This document shows positions 51,134 through 59,274 of a stretch of DNA of 64,000 nucleotides, in pieces. Source of the stretch: Fibrobacterales bacterium. GTDB lineage: Bacteria > Fibrobacterota > Fibrobacteria > Fibrobacterales > JAOPTW01. Position numbers and translations under genes: made by a program. The notes beneath the pieces were generated by a model. The model was not told the DNA's origin, did not search any database, and saw only the letters and a program-made list of their open reading frames with translations. The stretch lies in assembly GCA_051532035.1 (NCBI GenBank), contig JAOPTW010000027.1, positions 1-64,000 of the forward strand, written 5' to 3'. Numbering within the stretch: the stretch's first letter is position 1; every line of letters starts with the position of its first letter.

Positions 51134-52708
51134 TTAAAATAGTTCATACGAGACTCCAATTTTACACCCTAACCATCCGTACATTCCACGGCTTATTGAC
51201 AAATAGTTATCGTACTCAAAACCAAAAGGCCGCAATGATGGCTTATTATCGAAGTTCGCAACAATATTTGCCGACACTCCGAGCCACAGTGAAAATCGAC
51301 TATATGAGGTAACTTCTGCAAGTACTGAAAGGTCCGTTATCAGCTCATCTCTTTCCCCCTGGTAACCCTCCCAATTGTTCTCATTCCACCCCCAATTATC
51401 TCGTGCATTATATACCCAATATTCACTCAACAGCATATGAAGGTTAAAACCTGTAAACGGCAACGAATATCCTAAACCAAATCCCATTGTGAGATACCCT
51501 CCATCACGAGTAGGAAGATTCACTCCCGACGAAAGATGAAATTTGAAATTCTGATACCCCAGAATTGCACCGCCAGTCAGGATACCACTTTCGGTACCCA
51601 ACACTAATAACGACATGTTAAACGGGCTCGTTGATTGACCATCATTATCCCCAGTAGAATCTTCAGCGTCTCCCCTTAAACGAGTCCGTTCAACTTCACT
51701 CGACTCCAATTGATCATTTGAAACTATAACAATTCTATTTTCTATCAAATTCACAGAACGTTTTTTCCATTGATTATTCTCTTCAACCGAAATAGAATAG
51801 TGCATCTGATCAAGCCCCAGCTCAACAACTCTCCCTTGAGCCTTATAGAGCTCAGTCACAAGGACCCCTTTGCTATTCGTGATATAAATCCTACCTGATA
51901 TCCCTTTTCCAAAAACAATGGTTCTATCGCTCTTTCTGAGATCGGTCATAATAACATCACCACTCCCCGAAAGCTTCATATCATAACTAGGATGCTGCGC
52001 TCCGCCCTGTGTATTTTGCGTTCTATTCAGCGTCTCATTAAAGGCAAACTGATAAGCCTCACCAAGAGTTATTTTCCCATCACGACTAACGTCTGCTGCA
52101 CCACGCATTCCCGACACCAAGTAATGAGTAAAGAACGACCCACCAATTGCCTCTGACTCTTGTGACGCTTCTGTATTTGAACTCGAGGTTATAAAGGCGT
52201 ACCCCGAAAGATCATTTGATGCATCTACCAAAAATGCCTGCTTGCGATAGCCACCTTTCACTTGAGTGATAGCCCCCGATGCACAAGCATCAAGAATCGT
52301 CACTTTAAGTTGCGCTGGGAGTTTATCAATATCTTTTCTGAGTACTCGATAATCATAATTATCATTTCCAAAAAAGAGCCCGTTTTCATTTGCATGGCCA
52401 GAAAAATACAGTACAATCTCTCGTCTATTTGTTGTGGGCACACTATCTAATCGCATAGACAGATCGGTGAGCGCACGATGAAAATGTTCGGCACTTGGTT
52501 CAAGGAGCATTGTTTGGTTTTCTTTGGGAACCCCTCCAATTTCAGTAAGTACCCTACCAACGTTTTGTGCATCAGTGTGTGCATATTTAAGGAGGTCTCG
52601 TTTAACCCCTCCGTAGTTTACACCAACAATAATGGCGTATCGCTCAATCTCTTGCACCGCAAAGAGAGAAGAGCAAAGTAATAATATAAGACTTATACCT
52701 ATTTTCAT
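51134..52708 (-). CDS. Exported caspase-family (peptidase C14) protease with beta-rich C-terminus
   Basis: Signal peptide; RYAIIVGVN, LKYAHTDA, YFSGHA (His), LDACASG (Cys), GSFFTHYL and QHP motifs; ends IGVSYELF. Confidence 0.88.
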   Translation of the reverse strand: MKIGISLILLLCSSLFAVQEIERYAIIVGVNYGGVKRDLLKYAHTDAQNVGRVLTEIGGVPKENQTMLLEPSAEHFHRALTDLSMRLDSVPTTNRREIVLYFSGHANENGLFFGNDNYDYRVLRKDIDKLPAQLKVTILDACASGAITQVKGGYRKQAFLVDASNDLSGYAFITSSSNTEASQESEAIGGSFFTHYLVSGMRGAADVSRDGKITLGEAYQFAFNETLNRTQNTQGGAQHPSYDMKLSGSGDVIMTDLRKSDRTIVFGKGISGRIYITNSKGVLVTELYKAQGRVVELGLDQMHYSISVEENNQWKKRSVNLIENRIVIVSNDQLESSEVERTRLRGDAEDSTGDNDGQSTSPFNMSLLVLGTESGILTGGAILGYQNFKFHLSSGVNLPTRDGGYLTMGFGLGYSLPFTGFNLHMLLSEYWVYNARDNWGWNENNWEGYQGERDELITDLSVLAEVTSYSRFSLWLGVSANIVANFDNKPSLRPFGFEYDNYLSISRGMYGWLGCKIGVSYELF

Positions 52709-52779
52709 ACTGTTCCTTTAGTAGTAAAATCGTAATAAAATTTTTCTCAATTTTTTCCTGAATGGTCACACAACCCTTA

Positions 52780-53547
52780 TTACTTACCTTTAAGCAACAT
52801 TACTCTCTCTACATTAAACGTCGTGTCTTGAGCAACAGTGCTCAAAAGTTTACTTTCCTCTCCATTCATATACGCGCCAACCTCAAATGCTTCAGCCCGT
52901 AACACCATATAAAACGTCTCATACCTTGGTGCATCATCGAGTTGATACGAAAACGGAAGAAGCCGCTTGAGAGAATCTAACCGCACCGACCCTCCATCTT
53001 TTTTTGCAAGATGGTACGTCACCGCACCATTGCCATCAATGGATAAAATAACGCCATGACACTGCTCCGTTACCACATATTCAAGTTGAAACTCATCACC
53101 CGCACTTACAACCATACTGTCTCTCATGAGGCTCGAACCCAATCGTGTCTTTTTATACACATTAAGCTGAGCATCTAATCCTTTAATACGTACCACTTCT
53201 GCTGTATCATTCATCATTTGTCCTTCAAAAGGACTCATAGATTTATAAGTAATCGTCACCCCAAAGACCACCATAAGGGTTACTAATACCCCCTTAACTA
53301 ACGATGTAAATGCAAAACCTTCTTTTTCTTTATAAAGACTTTTACGCTGGGCACGCTTTTGTCGAACCTTCCCTTCCATAGTCGCATAGGGAAACCGCTC
53401 TCTCAAGTCATGGTTATTCTGCTCTAACAATGCAATACGTTGCTGCAACACACTATCATCTGCAATGCTCTTTTTCATTGCCGTACTCTCTGCTTCAGAT
53501 AGATCACCGAGTAAATATTGCTCTAAAGTAAAATCATCATACTTCAT
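52780..53547 (-). CDS. Putative membrane anti-sigma factor (ActD-like / DUF4384-like)
   Basis: LEQYLLGDL N-terminus, one TM helix, RIKG, then GDEFQL.Y...ILSIDGNG.V...LPFSYQLDDAP..E.F; overlaps the sigma gene stop. Confidence 0.7.
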   Translation of the reverse strand: MKYDDFTLEQYLLGDLSEAESTAMKKSIADDSVLQQRIALLEQNNHDLRERFPYATMEGKVRQKRAQRKSLYKEKEGFAFTSLVKGVLVTLMVVFGVTITYKSMSPFEGQMMNDTAEVVRIKGLDAQLNVYKKTRLGSSLMRDSMVVSAGDEFQLEYVVTEQCHGVILSIDGNGAVTYHLAKKDGGSVRLDSLKRLLPFSYQLDDAPRYETFYMVLRAEAFEVGAYMNGEESKLLSTVAQDTTFNVERVMLLKGK

Positions 53548-54019
53548 AGGTAAATGCCTCCCTCGAAAACTTTTGCAATTTTTTTAACCGTTTCCTTACC
53601 GCAGGAATAGAAATTTTAAAATAGCCCGCAACTTCTCCCACGCTCCAGCCATCTCGATAATGCATGACTGCCATCGCTGCACTTTTTTCATCATTTCGCG
53701 ATAACACTTTTTTGAGAAATGATTTATCGTTTACAAGCGTCAATGTACACTGTGCATCTGCTATTAGTTCAAGAGCAGGCTCTTCACACTTTACTTTTGA
53801 ATCTCTAATCATATTCAATGCTCTATTTGTTGCCATAGTATACAGAAGACTCGAAGGCTGAGAGACATCAAGGGCCTCCCCTTTATTGTGCACTGTCAAG
53901 AACGTATCATGCATACAATCTGCCGCCATCTCTTCATTTTTTAACATCGAAAAACAACGCCGATATACCATCGGACTATACTGCGTATAGAGCTTTTCGA
54001 ATGTTGCTTTACTTTTCAT
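53537..54019 (-). CDS. ECF sigma factor
   Basis: 160 aa; region 2 LY..Y..MVYRRC..ML.N...A.D.MHDTF; region 4 HTH DGWSVGEVA....S...VRKRL. Confidence 0.85.
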   Translation of the reverse strand: MKSKATFEKLYTQYSPMVYRRCFSMLKNEEMAADCMHDTFLTVHNKGEALDVSQPSSLLYTMATNRALNMIRDSKVKCEEPALELIADAQCTLTLVNDKSFLKKVLSRNDEKSAAMAVMHYRDGWSVGEVAGYFKISIPAVRKRLKKLQKFSREAFTYEV

Positions 54020-54161
54020 CTATATCTTAAACACATGAAGGAGCAGAAAAGAAACCACTCCTATAATTTTTTGCGAAATGTAGTAAATCAGCCTATTTCA
54101 GCTATTAAACCCACCATAAACACCACATTACTACCCCCACAAACAACAATTTCAAAATACC

Positions 54162-54220
54162 TTAAACAGACAAGTGCCATTTAAACGGCACTTAAACACC
54201 ATTTAAACACATTTTTAAAC
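54162..54220. repeat. Phased TTAAAC repeats
   Basis: TTAAAC at 54162, 54181, 54192, 54203 and 54215; further copies at 54027, 54105 and 54293. Confidence 0.75.
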
Positions 54221-54395
54221 ATTTATCAATCAAAACGCCCTCCTTTCCTATAGACACCCATTATCAATAGATCAATTTAATACTAAAATTCCTTAAACAG
54301 TGATTGACTTGAATTTGAATGACCTGTCTTTGAAGCACCTGACGCCCACACTACTCATTCAAGCCAGCGTAAATGAAAAACAAAAGGAACCAATT

Positions 54396-55940
54396 ATGAA
54401 AAAAGTATTACCACTCATCGCAGCCGCATCATACGCAGCACTTATGATGTCATGTCAAATCGTTTCACCTCCACCTACCGAAGATCCACTCAGCAGCTCT
54501 GTTATTGCAGAGGGCGACAGCACTATCGTTTCATCGGCCACTGCACTCTCTTCTGCAACAACACTTTCTTCATCGCCTTTCGATACTATCATCATCTCTT
54601 TCTCATCTGCCGAACTCTCTTCTTCAAGTGAAGTTGTTACGCCAGACACTACCCTTTTAAGCAGTAGCGTCATCACCCTCCCCGACACCATTATCTTGAG
54701 CTCATCATCAGTAATACCTGACACCATCCCCCTCAGCTCTTCTGCACCTACCATTTCATCTTCCACAATAGTCCCCGACACAATTTTTAGCTCTTCTGAA
54801 GCAGTGAGCTCTTCGGAGATAGCAAGCTCATCAGAAACAATGAGTTCTTCGGAAACGATAAGTTCTTCAGAAGTTGCAAGCTCTTCATCTGTCGCACCTG
54901 TAGTTGACCCTCTTCCAGCAGCCATCGACACTACCCTTATTGAAGCAACTGAAGCCCTAACAAGCCCAGGCACCGCAACAACAAATAGTGAATACGGATC
55001 GTATCCTGCATGGAAAGCCTTCGATAAAGAGCCTGGATTTACTCCATGGATCTCTGATCACGACTTTCGCCCTGGCACCGGCCCTGCGAACCTTATGTAC
55101 CTCTTTGACTACAAAAAAACAGTTGTTGAATACCGCATTCAAGGTCGCTTTGATTCCCTTAAAGACCGTCTTCCAAAGAGCTGGATTATCCAAGGAACCA
55201 ACAGTGATGCAGCTACAGCAAATGACGCCCTCACTGATGGAGCATGGACAACTATTGATACTCAAAACGACATTACTGTCGGCGAAGAGTGGCAGTCAAC
55301 TGGAATTACAGCAACCACAGCATACACTGTCGCAAACCCTGCACCATACACAGCCTATAGAATTTGTGTAACCGAAGTAAATGGATCATCAGTAGTCGAT
55401 ATTCATGAACTCTTTCTTCTTGAAAAAGGGATTGAAGACATCACTATCCACACAACCGCAGATGATAATCGCACTTCAAGCACCGCACTATACAGCTCAG
55501 CATATCCCGCCTGGAAGCTCTTTGATGGAGCAAGCAACTGGACACAATGGATGTCTGCTCACGTATTTAGACCAGGTACCGGCCCAGCAAATGTCGCCTA
55601 CAACTTTGACGATGCAACCGTTGTTCGTGAATACACTCTCAGGGGCCGCTATGACACCCTTAAGGATCGCCTCCCTAAAAACTGGATTCTACAAGGCAGT
55701 AATGCAGCCACCGCCATCGCAACAGATGCACTCGACAGTGACACATGGACAACCATCGACACCCGTACTGACATGGAAATTGGCGGCGCATGGAACTCTG
55801 ATACCAACACCGCGTCAATGACACTAGAAGTGCAAAGCCCTGGTGACTACACAACCTATAGAATCTGTATTACTGCTGTCAACGGATCATCAATTGCCGA
55901 CCTTATTGAACTTTCTTTTGCAGGAAGCCCTGCCCCTTAA
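54396..55940 (+). CDS. Lipoprotein with Ser-rich linker and two tandem discoidin/F5-8C-like domains
   Basis: MKKVLP...LMMSC lipobox after AAGGA RBS; SSS repeats; duplicated YPAWK.FD...LPK.WI.QG.N...WTTIDT...YRIC. Confidence 0.8.
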   Translation: MKKVLPLIAAASYAALMMSCQIVSPPPTEDPLSSSVIAEGDSTIVSSATALSSATTLSSSPFDTIIISFSSAELSSSSEVVTPDTTLLSSSVITLPDTIILSSSSVIPDTIPLSSSAPTISSSTIVPDTIFSSSEAVSSSEIASSSETMSSSETISSSEVASSSSVAPVVDPLPAAIDTTLIEATEALTSPGTATTNSEYGSYPAWKAFDKEPGFTPWISDHDFRPGTGPANLMYLFDYKKTVVEYRIQGRFDSLKDRLPKSWIIQGTNSDAATANDALTDGAWTTIDTQNDITVGEEWQSTGITATTAYTVANPAPYTAYRICVTEVNGSSVVDIHELFLLEKGIEDITIHTTADDNRTSSTALYSSAYPAWKLFDGASNWTQWMSAHVFRPGTGPANVAYNFDDATVVREYTLRGRYDTLKDRLPKNWILQGSNAATAIATDALDSDTWTTIDTRTDMEIGGAWNSDTNTASMTLEVQSPGDYTTYRICITAVNGSSIADLIELSFAGSPAP

Positions 55941-55962
55941 ACTCTATCATAACACAGTAAAC

Positions 55963-55999
55963 AAAAAGGGCAGCCTCATTCCAATGAGACTGCCCTTTT
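55963..55999. terminator. Bidirectional terminator
   Basis: AAAAAGGGCAGCCTCATT-CC-AATGAGACTGCCCTTTT between convergent genes. Confidence 0.85.
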
Positions 56000-56018
56000 A
56001 TATTTTAGAAATCTATTG

Positions 56019-56828
56019 TTATTGCAAAGTACAGTTTTGTGTCGTTGTCCACCCAAGATCCGCTTCGGTTAACCACCCTCGAAACACATCCTCTTGCTCT
56101 GGATCACTACTTACATTTGGCCCACAGAGATAATTACTTGCAACATTGATATAGTCAGGGCGAAGAGCCATAAGTTCAACAGGGAGCTTTGATATTAGGT
56201 TATATGAAAGATCAGCATAGTTGAGCGCAACCATTTTCCCAACCCCCGCAGGAAGCGTATTAATTTTATTGTACGAGAGATCGAGACGAACGAGTCGAGT
56301 AAACCACTCAAAACCTTCAGGTATTACCACAATATGATTATTACTCAAATCAAGCTCAATGACACGAGTAACATCCATTGTGTCTGGGAGTGCAATAATT
56401 TTATTATTACTCAAATCAACATAGTTCAAGTTTTCAAACCGTAAATAACTGGGAAGTAACGCTATTTCGTTATTATTGAGCCGCAAACTTTTCAGCCAGA
56501 TAAGCTTATCCAAGTCTACCGGGATACTGGTGACCCCTGAATAGGTTATAGAAAGCTCCGTCAATTCGGTGAGCTGCGTAATATGCGAAGTAAACTGAGT
56601 AAACAGCTGTCCCGTCACCTTAAGAGAGGTAACTTTTCCAAGTCCATCCTTTTCATAGGACACCCCATGGGCACCCCATTCAACACCATTAGCAACTAGA
56701 AATTCGGCCAGTGCCAATGAATCACTCACATCAAGAGCAACAGGGTCTCGCATAAGGGAACATGACTGAGTCGTAGGGAGAAAGAAAATAGAAAGTGCCA
56801 CTACAGCAATAGAGAGTAATCGTTTCAT
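56019..56828 (-). CDS. Exported leucine-rich-repeat protein (possible lipoprotein)
   Basis: Repeated LxxLxLxxNxIxxLP units; signal peptide with QSC. Confidence 0.85.
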   Translation of the reverse strand: MKRLLSIAVVALSIFFLPTTQSCSLMRDPVALDVSDSLALAEFLVANGVEWGAHGVSYEKDGLGKVTSLKVTGQLFTQFTSHITQLTELTELSITYSGVTSIPVDLDKLIWLKSLRLNNNEIALLPSYLRFENLNYVDLSNNKIIALPDTMDVTRVIELDLSNNHIVVIPEGFEWFTRLVRLDLSYNKINTLPAGVGKMVALNYADLSYNLISKLPVELMALRPDYINVASNYLCGPNVSSDPEQEDVFRGWLTEADLGWTTTQNCTLQ

Positions 56829-57016
56829 AAGAAACCTTCATTTAATAATACAATAAATATACACTACTATCACTCTGTAAACAACACCAAACCCAGCTTA
56901 CATTTTGTAATCTGGGCCCATACCCCACTGTAGCAATGTATAATACTTTTTAGAGATTCAAAACACCCCTATATCACTAATGGAGCATAATTAAGAAATT
57001 AGTCTCCAACACTAGA

Positions 57017-57211
57017 TTACTCTGCACTTTGTACCAATGAAATTTGATCCAATTCATCAAACCCCAAGTGCACCAATTCATCTATTGTAAAGTCAACATT
57101 CCGTGAGCCAGAAACAACATAAGCACCCTGTGCCTTAAAAGAAGCACATGTAGTAACCATTGTTGCCAATACAACACCCAACATTACCCCATGAACACCA
57201 CTTCTCTTCAT
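57017..57211 (-). CDS. Small exported peptide resembling the TBDR N-terminal motif
   Basis: 64 aa; AGGT RBS-like element; hydrophobic leader; 17 nt downstream of the TBDR stop. Confidence 0.6.
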   Translation of the reverse strand: MKRSGVHGVMLGVVLATMVTTCASFKAQGAYVVSGSRNVDFTIDELVHLGFDELDQISLVQSAE

Positions 57212-57228
57212 ACATTACCTAAAAGCAT

Positions 57229-59274
57229 TTAAAAGTTGTATGCAATTTTTCCCGAAAATTCACGACTTGATCCAGGTAGAGGGGTATCATACCCATCATA
57301 AGCCTCTGCCATTTCATAATTTTCATTTAAAATATTATATGCTCCAACTGTAAAACCAACTTCATCAAAGAACACTGAATCCCAATTAAGAACGAGATCA
57401 AGCATATACACACGGTCAAGTTTTTTATATTGAAAATCTGGAATCCAGTTCCCCAACGCATCATATTCATATCCATAATCTGCCCAAATTGCCGTGCGCT
57501 CACCCACAAAACGTAGCGATGGCGTAATATTAAACCTATTAAATGCGCGATAACTCATACTGAGTGTTGCTTTATGCTCTGCAATCCCAAGCTTCCTGTC
57601 AGGATTTAACGGGTCTCTAAAATTTTCAGCTACAGCACCCCAATTTCTCGCAAATGAATAATTTGATATCACACTAATATCTTTCCATTTATAGCGAACA
57701 GACAGTTCTGCACCATACGAACCCATATTTTTTGAATTAAGGTATAGGTTTTCTCCAGCACTACCATCCCATGTATAAATAATGGCATCGCGTATTTGCA
57801 TCCAAAAAAGATTTCCCTGAATCCATAAATCACTCATAGGGTGATAGCCGAGTTCGGTTTCAGTAATCCAAGTAAATTCTGGCTTTATATCTGGATTCGT
57901 CGCTACACTTAATATCGCAGGATCTCTTTGCGCCCCACTGAGTAATAATTTCAAATCTAAGTCTTTTGAAATCGTTCCAGTATAGGCAAGCCGAGGCACT
58001 ATAGAATTCCCATAATTCTCATTATTATTCCCCCGAAACCCTGCCGTAAATGTACCAACCCCCGTACGAGCAATAAGCTGTGCATACACCGCTCCAGCAT
58101 AGCTATCTGTATAATTATCCCCATTATAAGTTAAACTCAAGTAGTCCCTTCCTATGATAAAATCATACGTAACTCCTGACAACAATTTCACATCGTCATT
58201 AATGTCAACATCTACAGGTATATCCAGTGAGTATTTCTCACTACGATCATCAATCTGCCAATCAGCATACACTGACCCATCAGAATACAGTACCTCATTT
58301 GCATTCCAAGGCTTCTGTTGCTTGTATTGTATGGCCGGGTTCAACCTCAATGACGGAGATATATCCAATAAATAACTGACCTTCGCAGCATAACTGATAA
58401 ACTCTGTATGATAATCAGGTACATCATATGTTGGATAAGGAAACTGGATATAATAATTATCATAGAATGCATTGATTGTAAATCCTCCGTATTCTGCCTT
58501 AACTAAAGCATTTGAAACTTTAGTCGACCCATTATCATCATCGCTCAGATCTATATTTGCACCATATATATCTTGTAGCGTTCTATCCGAATAATTCCCT
58601 TGCTCCATGCTTATAAAGGCAGAAACATTCCCCTTCTCACTCTTTGTACCAAGAAAAACATTACCGCCGGTGCGTCCTGTCATTTTTTCTGTTCTAGAAT
58701 AATATCCATTTGCATTCACATTAAGTTCTTTTGAAGGGGATTTAGTTATAACCGACACAACAGCCATCTCTGCAGCACCACCATATTGTACTGATCCCGG
58801 GCCTCGAATAATCTCAACTCGCTCAATCATATCTGCACTAAAATGTTGCCCAAATGCAATTGACGCATACATTTCATCATTAACATCAATCCCATCAATA
58901 AGGAGCAAAACCTTCCCTTCACTCGCCCAGTTTCCTCTTATTGCAACTGAACGAACACCTTGTAAATCCAATAAAAACTCAAAACCAGGAACAAATTGTA
59001 ATATCTCTTTTAAATCACGCAGCCCCCGTCTTTTAATCTCTTCACTTGTAACAACCGTTATAATCCCCGGAGATTCACGCTGTGTTAATGCGAGCCCACC
59101 TGATGCCACATTTATCGACAAATTCATAAGAGCATCGAGATCCATTTCTATAAGATCGTCCAGAGAGACATCCTCTACCCTAATACTATCTAATTCTTGC
59201 CCCATAAGGGAAGTTGTTACAAGTAAGGTGGCAACAATAGCGGGCACCCATTTAATCATTAGGTTCATTTTCAT
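57229..59274 (-). CDS. TonB-dependent receptor
   Basis: Plug motifs SPGIITVVT.EEI, VLLLIDG and IERVEIIRGPGSVQYG; barrel ending YNF. Start chosen at the Met after GAGG (ORF extends to 59286). Confidence 0.92.
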   Translation of the reverse strand: MKMNLMIKWVPAIVATLLVTTSLMGQELDSIRVEDVSLDDLIEMDLDALMNLSINVASGGLALTQRESPGIITVVTSEEIKRRGLRDLKEILQFVPGFEFLLDLQGVRSVAIRGNWASEGKVLLLIDGIDVNDEMYASIAFGQHFSADMIERVEIIRGPGSVQYGGAAEMAVVSVITKSPSKELNVNANGYYSRTEKMTGRTGGNVFLGTKSEKGNVSAFISMEQGNYSDRTLQDIYGANIDLSDDDNGSTKVSNALVKAEYGGFTINAFYDNYYIQFPYPTYDVPDYHTEFISYAAKVSYLLDISPSLRLNPAIQYKQQKPWNANEVLYSDGSVYADWQIDDRSEKYSLDIPVDVDINDDVKLLSGVTYDFIIGRDYLSLTYNGDNYTDSYAGAVYAQLIARTGVGTFTAGFRGNNNENYGNSIVPRLAYTGTISKDLDLKLLLSGAQRDPAILSVATNPDIKPEFTWITETELGYHPMSDLWIQGNLFWMQIRDAIIYTWDGSAGENLYLNSKNMGSYGAELSVRYKWKDISVISNYSFARNWGAVAENFRDPLNPDRKLGIAEHKATLSMSYRAFNRFNITPSLRFVGERTAIWADYGYEYDALGNWIPDFQYKKLDRVYMLDLVLNWDSVFFDEVGFTVGAYNILNENYEMAEAYDGYDTPLPGSSREFSGKIAYNF

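Noticed and set aside
54455..55265. Minus-strand ORFs of 172 and 102 aa
   Set aside because: Antisense shadows of the Ser-rich lipoprotein gene.
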